In this document: one piece after another, positions 1-8,800 of the stretch
Position numbering within the stretch: the first letter of the stretch is position 1
Layout of the letters: every line of letters starts with the position of its first letter
IMG/VR virus record: IMGVR_UViG_651053023_000020
DNA: 35,277 bases
Direction: 5' to 3' (one strand)
Source: a virus
Lineage: Duplodnaviria; Heunggongvirae; Uroviricota; Caudoviricetes
The notes under the pieces: model-generated
Databases searched by the model: none
Seen by the model: the letters and a program-made list of their open reading frames with translations, nothing else
What the model was told of the DNA's origin: nothing
Made by a program: the position numbers and the translations under genes

Positions 1-243
1 ATGTATACCTATAAAATGATTCAGGTGCCGCCTAATATTTCTGTAAAAGCCAAGGATAATAAGTCTGGCGTAGCTGCTGCATATCTTCAGGGGGTGGTCA
101 ATGAGCAGGCTGCTGAAGGTTGGGAGTTTCAGCGAGTTGATACCATTGGTATTGAAGAGCAGCCAGGATGTTTCAATGGCGGAAAGGCACAGGTTTTTCA
201 GTACTATGTGATTACTTTTCGAAAAAAAGTGCGAGATGTTTAA
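1..243 (+). CDS. small hypothetical protein (DUF4177-like); host flank or phage cargo
   Basis: 80-aa ORF starting at window base 1, stop overlaps start of next ORF; family assignment is weak recall only. Confidence 0.35.
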   Translation: MYTYKMIQVPPNISVKAKDNKSGVAAAYLQGVVNEQAAEGWEFQRVDTIGIEEQPGCFNGGKAQVFQYYVITFRKKVRDV

Positions 244-469
244 ATGGGTTAGTATTCGCCTGATTCTTTATTATCGCGCCCATGCGCCAGCAAGCATTCG
301 TAACAGATGTCGTTATACTCCAAGCTGCTCGGCTTATACCTTGATTGCAATAAGGCGCTTTGGTTTTTTTGAAGGGTGGCGATTAGGCTTGAACCGGATT
401 TATCGCTGTCGTCCGCCTAATGGTGGTGCTGATTATCCCCCGCATATTTGTAAATGTCGCAAATCGTGA
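236..469 (+). CDS. YidD-family (DUF37) small protein, membrane protein insertion efficiency factor-like
   Basis: 77-aa ORF with CRYTPSCS...YRCRPP.GGADYPP pattern resembling the conserved Cys/Pro motif of YidD; followed by hairpin terminator. Confidence 0.5.
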   Translation: MFKWVSIRLILYYRAHAPASIRNRCRYTPSCSAYTLIAIRRFGFFEGWRLGLNRIYRCRPPNGGADYPPHICKCRKS

Positions 470-487
470 GTGCGCAGGAAAAAGAAA

Positions 488-511
488 ACCCGCAGTTTTT
501 ACGCTGCGGGT
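488..511. terminator. bidirectional intrinsic terminator-like hairpin
   Basis: CCCGCAG / CTGCGGG stem with A-run upstream and TTTGTTGTT downstream, directly after the YidD-like ORF. Confidence 0.5.
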
Positions 512-930
512 TTGTTGTTCATGTCTGAGAGATAGGGTGCCACTTCAGCCAACCTTAGCAACCGATTGACGGGGGATTGCTCCCCCGTCGCGGTTTCCTT
601 ACTGCTTACACTGTAAGAACGCCGCAAACTCCGCTCCCCAAAAGCTCATCCGTATTTCACACAGCGAACCGTGCAGCATCCAGATGATGAGGATTACCGT
701 CACGCAGAACGTGATGGCCGTAAGCGATTTTTGCGACATAGCGCTTGCTCCTTTGTTGGAGAGGCGCTAACCTATCACTTGCTTAAGGTAGATATGTTAG
801 GGCCTCGGTTAAACAGAAATGTTTTCCGGGGCCTTTCCACATCTGGCCTTCGGGTATTCCCTCCGACCATCAGCCGAAAGGCACCCGCGCGTAATCTATC
901 GCTTTTTTGTTACTCCGGCAATTCTGCCTG

Positions 931-1191
931 TTAATTCTGAGGTAAAGGCAAACTCATCTGATTGTTTCCCCTGTGTGAAGCTGGCAGATCATGCCATGGG
1001 ATACCTTCTGATGAGTGAACGCCGGAGGCGTGTTTCGATGTAAATTTATGGAAAGCTTCCAGTGTTGAGAAGCATACGCCGCATTCCAGGTTGTTACACT
1101 GGTAATACTTTTGCCGCACGGTGTTTGAATCATTTTCCGGACGACTGGTGCGGATACGGGCAGATGCGCCACAAAGCGGACAACGGAACAT
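931..1191 (-). CDS. ogr: Ogr-type zinc-finger late-gene transcription activator
   Basis: N-terminus MFRCPLCG...YQCNNLEC matches the C4 zinc-finger layout of P2 Ogr; positioned immediately after D as in P2. Confidence 0.85.
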   Translation of the reverse strand: MFRCPLCGASARIRTSRPENDSNTVRQKYYQCNNLECGVCFSTLEAFHKFTSKHASGVHSSEGIPWHDLPASHRGNNQMSLPLPQN

Positions 1192-1233
1192 AGCGACCTC
1201 CCTTAACGTGGTGCTGTCGCTATTCTAAGTTCC

Positions 1234-2334
1234 TCACTCTGTTTCCGCTATCCATTCCGGGATTTTTGCCTCAAGCTCAAGCTGTGTGGTAAAGCCACTG
1301 TTATCAATGGTGTGCTCGGCTTTTGCAATAATCCAGTCCTGATTATCAATCTCGCTTTTAAATCCTGTTACCGTGCCATGCATTTCGGGGTAGAGTTCTG
1401 CGCGTCCACGTGCCAGTGTGATGGAGAATGATGCGGCTCCGCGTTGTAGCTGCTGCCACTTTGCCGCCGCTGCGCGTCTTGCTGCCTGCTCGTTCTGATA
1501 AGTCTTGCGTAACACAAACACGTTGCCTTCCGCACCTTCCATATAGTCACCTTCACGGCTGCTGCTTTTCTCTTTTTTCGGTTTGCGGCGTTTCACGCTG
1601 ACTTTTTTCTTTTTCCCGTAATTAAGATCAAGCCAGTAGGCGCGTACACCCGTATACGCCTCGCGGTCAGCAATGCGGAACTGATGGCGATCGCCGCTGC
1701 TGCGTGTGATGGCGAACGATGGCAACGGCTGGCCCTGTGCGTTCACGCCACCACCGGGCATGATGAATAACAGATTACCGCTTTTTACCGTGGTGATTGC
1801 GCCCAGCATTTCCGCCATGCGCGTAAGGAAGGACATGTCGCTTTCTTCGGTCTGGTCGGCGTGGTCGATTTCGATATCCATCAGCATTTCGCTGATTTGC
1901 GGTTTCAGACCATACCGATGAGCGATGGCGGATACCACACGCTCAACGGTCACATCATGCCAGGACACCTCACGTTTAACGTTAAATTCATCCCGAAAAT
2001 CTGCGCTTCTGGCTGAAACAGTCAGCCTGTCCGGCGGTCCTTCGTGAGCGATTTCATCAACAATGTAAGTGCCTTTTTCTGTCAGCGGTTCTCCTTTCCA
2101 GCCAATGAGAACCGTCAGGCGCGCGCCCCGTGGCGGTAGCTGCAACTGACCATCCGCATCATCCAGCGTGATGGTGAGCTGGTCCGCTTCAAATCCCCGG
2201 TTGTCGGTCAGTGACAGGCTCATCAGGCGCTCTGCCACGCCTGACAGCGTTTTACCCTCCGCGAGAATATCAAAATCCGGCATTTTCACGGGGTCTGTGC
2301 CCTGACTGAGCAATTGCATGGTGGTATCGGTCAT
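1234..2334 (-). CDS. D: tail protein gpD (late control gene D family)
   Basis: Translation resembles P2 gpD; start placed at internal ATG 2334 preceded by AGGGAGG rather than the track's extended 2466. Confidence 0.85.
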   Translation of the reverse strand: MTDTTMQLLSQGTDPVKMPDFDILAEGKTLSGVAERLMSLSLTDNRGFEADQLTITLDDADGQLQLPPRGARLTVLIGWKGEPLTEKGTYIVDEIAHEGPPDRLTVSARSADFRDEFNVKREVSWHDVTVERVVSAIAHRYGLKPQISEMLMDIEIDHADQTEESDMSFLTRMAEMLGAITTVKSGNLLFIMPGGGVNAQGQPLPSFAITRSSGDRHQFRIADREAYTGVRAYWLDLNYGKKKKVSVKRRKPKKEKSSSREGDYMEGAEGNVFVLRKTYQNEQAARRAAAAKWQQLQRGAASFSITLARGRAELYPEMHGTVTGFKSEIDNQDWIIAKAEHTIDNSGFTTQLELEAKIPEWIAETE

Positions 2335-2491
2335 CTGTTCCCTCCCTGTGCGGCATGGTCGCATGTGCGTGCGGAGGGGGTTACTGCTTTTTGTTGTCGC
2401 CGTGGCGGGAGAACGGCGCAGGGGTGAGATTACGCGCGTGGTGGGTGATGATTGTTGCCGAATCATTTAACGGATACAAGGGGCTGAAGCT

Positions 2492-3676
2492 ATGAGTGAA
2501 ACTCGTTTTCATGGTGCCCGTGTTACGGAAAATACCGACCTGGTAACAGCGATTAACGATGTTGATTCCAGCGTTATCGGTATCGTGGCAACGGCGGATG
2601 ATGCGGACGCGAAGCTGTTCCCGCTGAACAAGCCCACACTGCTGACCCGCGTCAATGACGTGCTGGGAAAATGCGGGACAACGGGGACGCTTTATCGTGC
2701 GCTTAAGGCCATCGCAGACCAGGTGAGCACAAAGGTGATCGTCGTTCGCGTGGCTGAACACAAAGAAGAAGACGGAAAGACGCAGGATCAACTGGTTATC
2801 GGTGGTTCTGAGGATGACGGCAGCTATACGGGGATGTATGCGCTGCTTGTTGCAGAGCAGGATGAAAGCATCGGATACCGTCCGCGTATTCTGGCCGCGC
2901 CGGAGCTGGACACGGAGGCTGTAACAAAATCCCTGTGCGTGATTGCAGGTAAACTGCGCGCGTTTGTGTATGCCTCATGTCACGGCTGTAACACGATGGC
3001 TGAGGCGATTACCTACCGCCAGAAATTCAACGAACGTGAGGTGATGCTCTTATGGCCGGACTTCATCGCCTACAACCCGAAAAGTGGCAAAAACGAAACG
3101 TTCCCCGCGTCTGCCTATGCGTGCGGCCTTCGTGCGTACATTGACCATGAGCAGGGATGGCACAAATCACTGTCCAACGTTCCGGTTAAAAATGTGCTGG
3201 GGATGTCGAGGCATGTGTTCTGGTCGTTGCAGGCCGAAGACAGCGATGCCAACAGCCTCAACAACAAAGAAATCACGACCATTATTCGTCGCAACGGGTT
3301 CCGCTTCTGGGGCAACCGCACACCGGAAACGAACGCCTACATCTTTGAGGTGTATACCCGAACCGCACAGGTGCTGGCTGATTCAATTGCGGAAGCGCAG
3401 TTTGAAACCATCGACAGTCCACTGACGCCTGCGAACGTGAAGGATGTTATCAGTGCCATCAGGGCAAAACTGGATTCACTGGTTACTGCCGGGAAACTGA
3501 TTGGCGCGGAGTGCTGGTATGACGTGGTGGATAACAGCACCACGGATTTACGTCAGGGGCGTGTGCGTATTCGCTACAAATATACGCCCGTTCCGCCACT
3601 GGAAGACATGGAGCTTTACCAGACGTTTACTGATGAATACTTTGAACCCGCATTTGCGGTGCTGGGAGGTGCCTGA
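2492..3676 (+). CDS. FI: contractile tail sheath protein gpFI
   Basis: 394-aa ORF with sheath-like sequence; SD upstream; stop overlaps tube gene start. Confidence 0.9.
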   Translation: MSETRFHGARVTENTDLVTAINDVDSSVIGIVATADDADAKLFPLNKPTLLTRVNDVLGKCGTTGTLYRALKAIADQVSTKVIVVRVAEHKEEDGKTQDQLVIGGSEDDGSYTGMYALLVAEQDESIGYRPRILAAPELDTEAVTKSLCVIAGKLRAFVYASCHGCNTMAEAITYRQKFNEREVMLLWPDFIAYNPKSGKNETFPASAYACGLRAYIDHEQGWHKSLSNVPVKNVLGMSRHVFWSLQAEDSDANSLNNKEITTIIRRNGFRFWGNRTPETNAYIFEVYTRTAQVLADSIAEAQFETIDSPLTPANVKDVISAIRAKLDSLVTAGKLIGAECWYDVVDNSTTDLRQGRVRIRYKYTPVPPLEDMELYQTFTDEYFEPAFAVLGGA

Positions 3677-4189
3677 TGGCTGTGCCAAAACATCTTCGCT
3701 TTTTTACGCTGTTTGTGGATGGTGAAAACGAAGTGGGTAAGGTGACGTCCGTCACTTTGCCTAAGCTGACGCGCAAAACCGACAGCTACCGGGGTGGTGG
3801 CATGATGGGGGCGGTAAGTATTGATCTCGGCCTGGACGACTCCGCGCTTGATGCGAGCTTTGTCATGGGGGGCGCAGTTCGTGAGCTGTTCCTTAAGTAT
3901 GGCGGCACGATTGACGGCACGCTGCTGCGTTTTGCGGGTGAATACTACACCGATGCAGAAAGCGACCTGTATGAAGTCGAAATGCGCGGACGTGTGACGG
4001 AAATTGATATGGGGGAAGCCAAAACAGGGCGAAGCCACATCACACACTTACGCCATTAAAAACACCTACTACAAGCTGAGCGTTAACGATCGCCCGTTGT
4101 GGGAGATTGACCTGCTGAACTTCATTTACCGGAAGGACGGCAAGGACATTGTGCCCGATCGCATCCGTTCCGCGCTTGGGCTTGGCTGA
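3676..4189 (+). pseudogene. FII: tail tube protein gpFII, interrupted by a +1 frameshift near 4027-4031
   Basis: Frame-1 ORF 3676-4059 matches the tube N-terminal region (SVTLPKLTRK...YRG.GM...DLGLDD...RFAG), frame-2 ORF 4004-4189 carries the C-terminal region; one extra base in a GGG-C-GAA context. Confidence 0.6.
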
Positions 4190-4243
4190 TAAGTAATATG
4201 CAGGCGGCGCAGTGCGTCGCCTCTGACTGAAAGGAGTTTCCTG

Positions 4244-4609
4244 ATGAAAGAGACGAAAAACATCGATACCGAAAACACGGTAGTTACTGACACTGTGAAA
4301 GAAACCAGTGAGCGTGGCGTAAAACTTACCCAACCAATTGAGCGAAGCGGCGAAAAAATCACGTATGTGGAGATCACCGGGGCTATTGAGCAGGCTGGAT
4401 CTCTGCGAGATTTGTCGCTGTCTGATGTGCTGAGTCTGAAAGCGGAATCCATGTTTACGCTGCTGTCACGCGTGACATCACCGCGACTGGATGAAGTGAC
4501 GATCAAAAAAATGGCATCCCGTGACTTTATTCAGTTATGTGTGGTTGCCGTAAATTTTTTGAGCGGTGCGGACTCTGGCGGGAAGAACGAACAGGCGACG
4601 GAAGCCTGA
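4244..4609 (+). CDS. E: tail assembly chaperone gpE
   Basis: 121-aa ORF with AAAGGAG SD, followed by overlapping -1 frame ORF as in P2 E/E'. Confidence 0.8.
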   Translation: MKETKNIDTENTVVTDTVKETSERGVKLTQPIERSGEKITYVEITGAIEQAGSLRDLSLSDVLSLKAESMFTLLSRVTSPRLDEVTIKKMASRDFIQLCVVAVNFLSGADSGGKNEQATEA

Positions 4610-4773
4610 TCACGGTTGTGTGCTTTGAGCACATAGAAGACTTTGTGGCAGATATTGCCGTTATTTTTAACTGGTCGCCCGCCGAAATCTTCATGATGAC
4701 GCCCGGCGAAGTGGTTAGCTGGCGTGAGCGGGCGGCACTTCGCAGCGGGAATGCAGACAATGAAGACTCTTGA
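4244..4773 (+). CDS. E+E': gpE+E' fusion made by programmed -1 ribosomal frameshift
   Basis: Slippery heptamer T_TTT_TTG at 4555-4561 in E frame; -1 frame continues open to stop at 4771-4773. Confidence 0.7.
4555..4561 (+). other. -1 programmed frameshift slippery site (TTTTTTG)
   Basis: X_XXY_YYZ heptamer positioned near end of E with open -1 frame downstream. Confidence 0.7.
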
Positions 4774-7567
4774 TATCCGGGTCGCTTTCAGCGCCGTTGA
4801 CAGGCTGACCCGACCTGCCGAAAACGCACGCCGCCTGATGGGGCAGTTTGGTGACTCCATCCAGCGAACGCAGGGGGCGATCAAAAATCTCGAGCGTCAG
4901 GCGCGTTCATTTGAGCGCGCCCGCGACGCTGTCAGTAAAGCGGATGCGGGTATCGTGAAAGCACGACGCCAGCTTAACGCCCTTAATCAGTTACAACGCA
5001 CGGGTACAGTGCTCAGCGAAAAACAACAAAAGCTGATGCAGCAGTTAAGCACCCGGCTTGAACGCCTGAATGAATCGCGCACACGGGAAATTCAGAAAAT
5101 GCGGGAGCTTGGCGGAGAGCTGAAACGCCACGGCATTTCCCTGACAGGCAGCGATAACACCATCCAGCAGGCCATCAGACGCACCGAACAGTACAACAAC
5201 CAGCTTGAACGCGAACGGCAGGCGCTTGCGCGTGTAACGCGGGCGCGTGAGCGGTATTCGCGCGTGCAGGAAACCGCGGGAAAACTGAAAACAGGTGGTG
5301 CGCTGGCAATTGGTGCGGCAGCGGCGGGCGGCTATGCTGCCGGGCGTTTTTTGCAGCCTGCGATCGGGTTCGGCAAAGAGATGTCCCGCGTTCAGGCACT
5401 GACGCGAATCGACCAGAACAGCCCGCAGTTTAAGGCGCTGCGTGAGCAGGCGTTAAAACTGGGCTCTGAAACGCAGTTCACCGCAGGCGATGCCGCCAGT
5501 GGACAGGCATTTCTTGCAATGGCTGGCTTTACACCACAGGCCATTCAGGCTGCGCTCCCTGGCGTACTGAGCATGGCAACGGCTGGCGGTATGGACCTCG
5601 GTGAGACGGCGGATATTGGCTCAAATATTCTGACGCAGTTCGGTCTTTCTGCTGACCAGATGGACCGGGTCGGCGACACACTCACCGCAGCGTTTACCCG
5701 TACCAACACTGACCTTCGCGCACTGGGTGAAACCATGAAATATGCAGGTCCGGTGGCGGGTAAGCTGGGAATATCGCTGGAGCAGGCCGCAGCGATGGCG
5801 GGCGTGCTGGCGAATATGGGTATCAGGGGGAGTGATGCTGGTACGGCAATGCGTGCCAGCCTGGCTCGTCTGGCATCACCGCCAAAGGCGGCAGCAGAGG
5901 CGCTGAAAGAGCTTGGCGTGTCTGTCTCGGATGCCGGGGGCAAAATGCGCCCGATGGAGGATGTGCTGGCTGACCTTTATAAAGCTACCCGCAAATACGG
6001 GGAAGTTGACCGGGTATCGTTCTTTAAGGACATTGCCGGAGAAGAGGCTTTCACATCATTTATGGCCCTCGTTGATGCGGCAGGTGACGGCTCCTTACCC
6101 AAACTGAGAAAAGAACTTGAAGGCGCGCGCGGTGAGGCTGAACGCACGGCAAAGGTTATGGCCAACAACCTTGACGGCGATCTGAAATCACTCAGCAGTG
6201 CATGGGAAGGGTTGCGCATCCGCATTGCAGATCTGATTGACGGTCCGCTGCGTTCTGTCACGCAGTGGCTCACGCGTGTGTTATCAAAGGTGACGGCGCT
6301 GGCGCAGGCCCATCCCGCACTGACGCGCCAGCTACTGATTGCAGGCGGCGCACTGCTGGCAATGACTGCAACGGTTGGCTCGTTGTCGCTGGCTATTGGT
6401 GTGCTTGCTGGCCCGCTGGCAAAACTGCGTCTTGGTTTTTCCCTCCTGACCGGATCAATGAATGCTGTCAGGGTTCTGCCAGCACTATGGGGAATGGTGA
6501 CGGGTTCCGTTTCTTTACTGGGAGGCGCTATCGGGGCGTTGTTCAGTCCGGTTGGTCTTATCGTGGCTGCGCTTGCCGGAGCTGCCGTTCTTATCTGGAA
6601 ATACTGGGATCCCATCAGGGCATTTTTTGCCGGGGTGTTCAGCGGGATTATGGAAAGGCTGACCCCGTTGCGCGAAACCTTTGAACGGTTTGGTCCTGTT
6701 TTTGACGCAATCGGGAGTGGGATCAGCCAGGTGTTTAACTGGTTTAAATCGCTGCTGTCACCGATGGAGTCCAGCAAGGAAACTCTGGATAAATGTACCA
6801 GTGCTGGCGAGATATTCGGTAACGTTCTTGGCGGTGCGTTACAACTTGTTCTGACACCTGCAAAAATGTTGCTGGATACGCTGGCGTGGATACTTGAAAA
6901 GCTTGGTGTGCTTCCGGATGAAGCGGAAAGGGCGCGCAAGAAAATCGAAGACGCACAGCGTGCGGCCATTCTTCAGGACAAGGTTGCCTTGCTTCAGGGG
7001 GACCTGGCGAAAATCAATCCACCGAAGCCTGTGGAAAATGGCAATGGCACCGGAGGTGATAACCCCAAAGACAATAAACCGCTCACAGACAGCAATACCG
7101 GTACGCTGCGCAGACTCAGCAAAATTGCTGATAACACAGGTAAGCTGGTTGAGGAGACGAAAAAACGCATTGGCCCCGGCGATATTGTCTTTAAAAACCT
7201 GCCCCGAGCACTTGCTGTTCGTGGGGAGTGGCAGGAGCGGAAGATTGCGCAGGTCAGTAAGCCTGCCCCCGCAATTAATATCACACCCGTGGTCCCGGCT
7301 CCGCTGCCTCCGGCGCTGGTCCCTGTTGTTGCGGCCAGCTCCCGCCCGGTGGCGGAGGCTATACGATCTCCAGTGGCATCAGTTCCTGTAACTTCCCGTA
7401 ACCGGGAGCCTGTTGCCTCCGGATTTGGTGGTGAAATTCATGTTCATCTGCATAACGTTGTTACGCAGAATCCCCGCGAACTGGCGAAACTGGTCGGTGA
7501 AATGGTCAGGGCAGAAATGGAACGGCGCGCCCGTGCCGGGCGTGGCAGTTTTTACGATAAAGATTGA
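4751..7567 (+). CDS. T: tail tape measure protein gpT
   Basis: About 940-aa protein with coiled-coil N-terminal part and hydrophobic/Gly-Ala-rich middle; start uncertain (ATG 4751 or 4760, track starts at GTG 4724). Confidence 0.85.
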   Translation: MQTMKTLDIRVAFSAVDRLTRPAENARRLMGQFGDSIQRTQGAIKNLERQARSFERARDAVSKADAGIVKARRQLNALNQLQRTGTVLSEKQQKLMQQLSTRLERLNESRTREIQKMRELGGELKRHGISLTGSDNTIQQAIRRTEQYNNQLERERQALARVTRARERYSRVQETAGKLKTGGALAIGAAAAGGYAAGRFLQPAIGFGKEMSRVQALTRIDQNSPQFKALREQALKLGSETQFTAGDAASGQAFLAMAGFTPQAIQAALPGVLSMATAGGMDLGETADIGSNILTQFGLSADQMDRVGDTLTAAFTRTNTDLRALGETMKYAGPVAGKLGISLEQAAAMAGVLANMGIRGSDAGTAMRASLARLASPPKAAAEALKELGVSVSDAGGKMRPMEDVLADLYKATRKYGEVDRVSFFKDIAGEEAFTSFMALVDAAGDGSLPKLRKELEGARGEAERTAKVMANNLDGDLKSLSSAWEGLRIRIADLIDGPLRSVTQWLTRVLSKVTALAQAHPALTRQLLIAGGALLAMTATVGSLSLAIGVLAGPLAKLRLGFSLLTGSMNAVRVLPALWGMVTGSVSLLGGAIGALFSPVGLIVAALAGAAVLIWKYWDPIRAFFAGVFSGIMERLTPLRETFERFGPVFDAIGSGISQVFNWFKSLLSPMESSKETLDKCTSAGEIFGNVLGGALQLVLTPAKMLLDTLAWILEKLGVLPDEAERARKKIEDAQRAAILQDKVALLQGDLAKINPPKPVENGNGTGGDNPKDNKPLTDSNTGTLRRLSKIADNTGKLVEETKKRIGPGDIVFKNLPRALAVRGEWQERKIAQVSKPAPAINITPVVPAPLPPALVPVVAASSRPVAEAIRSPVASVPVTSRNREPVASGFGGEIHVHLHNVVTQNPRELAKLVGEMVRAEMERRARAGRGSFYDKD

Positions 7568-7573
7568 GGAGTC

Positions 7574-8068
7574 ATGGCCATGATGATGATCTACGGCATG
7601 TTTGTTTTTGAGCTGCGCACGCTGCCGCATCAGCAGTTACAGCAAAACAAAAGCTGGCGGCATGTGAAAAATGAACGCGTTAACCGTTCAGCAAGCTGGC
7701 AGTATATCGGTGCAGGTGATGATCGCATCGTTCTTTCTGGTGTGCTTTATCCTGAAATTACAGGTGGCGAAGTGTCGCTGTCGCTGCTGACCACGCAGGC
7801 GTATACAGGACGACCCTGGCCTTTGATTGATGGCGTCGGGCAGATTTACGGCATGTATGTCCTGACTGAAACGAATACGACCCGCTCCGAGTTTGATCGC
7901 TACGGTAAGGCGAAAAAGATAGAATTTTCACTGACTCTTGAACGCTGTGATGAGGATTTGCGGGAGCGCCTGCAATCCTCATCGTTCAGTGATATGCTGT
8001 CCGGCTTCAAAGATAAGGTGACATCATCTCTTAACAGCGCGGCCAGTTCAGTTAAAGGGCTGTTCTGA
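7574..8068 (+). CDS. U: tail protein gpU
   Basis: 164-aa ORF resembling P2 gpU (N-terminus MMMIYGMFVF...SWRH...NRS); GAGGAG SD. Confidence 0.85.
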   Translation: MAMMMIYGMFVFELRTLPHQQLQQNKSWRHVKNERVNRSASWQYIGAGDDRIVLSGVLYPEITGGEVSLSLLTTQAYTGRPWPLIDGVGQIYGMYVLTETNTTRSEFDRYGKAKKIEFSLTLERCDEDLRERLQSSSFSDMLSGFKDKVTSSLNSAASSVKGLF

Positions 8069-8077
8069 TTTAACACA

Positions 8078-8107
8078 AAAACCGCTAATGGTCAGATTAG
8101 CGGTTTT
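8078..8107. terminator. bidirectional terminator hairpin between convergent U and invertase genes
   Basis: Perfect 12-bp stem AAAACCGCTAAT / ATTAGCGGTTTT, loop GGTCAG, flanked by A-run and T-run; overlaps last codons of invertase. Confidence 0.6.
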
Positions 8108-8696
8108 CATTTTCCTGAGTCTGCCCGGTTGTTTCTTCAGTCTGTATATCGCCTACAGGGTGATAACGATAAATCGTCGATGTGCCAATGCCGTAAATTA
8201 TTGCCAGTTGTTTTCTGTCGTGCCCGTTTTTGATTAGCCTTGCTATTTGCTCATGCTGTTCTTTTGTCAGCTTCGGTCGACGTCCGCCTGTGCGCCCCCT
8301 TGCGCGCGCTGCCGCCAGCCCGGCCAGTGTACGTTCAACAATTAATTCACGTTCCATTTCAGCCAGGGCACCCATCACGTGGAAGAAAAAACGCCCCATT
8401 GGAGAAGATGTGTCTATGCTGTCGGTCAGACTGCGAAAATTAATCCCTCGCTCCCGTAGTTCCCCGACGAGAGAAATCAGATGTTTCATGCTTCGCCCGA
8501 GGCGATCCAGTTTCCAGACAACCAGCGTGTCACCTTTTTGAAGGCGCTTTAAAGCGCGTTTTAATCCCGGTCGGTCTGTCTTTGTCCCGCTTAATTTATC
8601 TTCAAATATTTGTTCACATCCTGCACAAACAAGAGCGTTTCGTTGCAGGTCTGTATTCTGGTCATTTGTTGATACCCTTACATAGCCAATCAGCAC
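8097..8696 (-). CDS. serine recombinase, DNA invertase of Gin/Pin/Cin/Fin family
   Basis: Translation LIGYVRVSTNDQNTDLQRNAL...GDTLVVWKLDRLGRS... is near-identical in pattern to Gin-type invertases; start placed at GTG 8696 with GGGAGA SD. Confidence 0.9.
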   Translation of the reverse strand: MLIGYVRVSTNDQNTDLQRNALVCAGCEQIFEDKLSGTKTDRPGLKRALKRLQKGDTLVVWKLDRLGRSMKHLISLVGELRERGINFRSLTDSIDTSSPMGRFFFHVMGALAEMERELIVERTLAGLAAARARGRTGGRRPKLTKEQHEQIARLIKNGHDRKQLAIIYGIGTSTIYRYHPVGDIQTEETTGQTQENENR

Positions 8697-8750
8697 GCTG
8701 AATCTCCCGTCCAAAAGCGTAAATCATGCCATGCAGGTCAGAAACGGCCA

Positions 8751-8776
8751 TTATCTAAAACCTCGGTTTACAGGAA
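8751..8776. other. gix-like 26-bp crossover site (left boundary of invertible segment)
   Basis: TTATCTAAAACCTCGGTTTACAGGAA, matches gix/hix architecture; central dinucleotide TC. Confidence 0.8.
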
Positions 8777-8800
8777 ACGGTAAACAGGGCTGGTAACGCC

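Noticed and set aside
512-930. tRNA, tmRNA 3' end or P2 attP core in the attR-side region
   Set aside because: No T-loop-like GTTCRA motif, no tmRNA-like 3' end and no match to the P2 core as recalled; ORFs 671-934 and 819-1043 look spurious.
1234-2466. Extended 410-aa start for gene D
   Set aside because: The extra 44 N-terminal residues are Ser/Pro/Arg-rich and lack an SD; the internal ATG at 2334 has AGGGAGG at ideal spacing.
2335-2491. Third gix-like site that would make the FI-U block a second invertase substrate
   Set aside because: No sequence resembling the AAACC..GGTTT gix core in either junction; only a 7-bp direct match, which is not significant.
5977-6969. 330-aa minus-strand ORF inside the tape measure gene
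   Set aside because: Antisense to a well-supported gene, Ser/Ala/Pro-rich low-complexity translation typical of GC-rich spurious frames.
8230-8541. Plus-strand ORFs of 103 and 67 aa inside the invertase gene
   Set aside because: Antisense to a near-canonical Gin-family invertase; no independent support.
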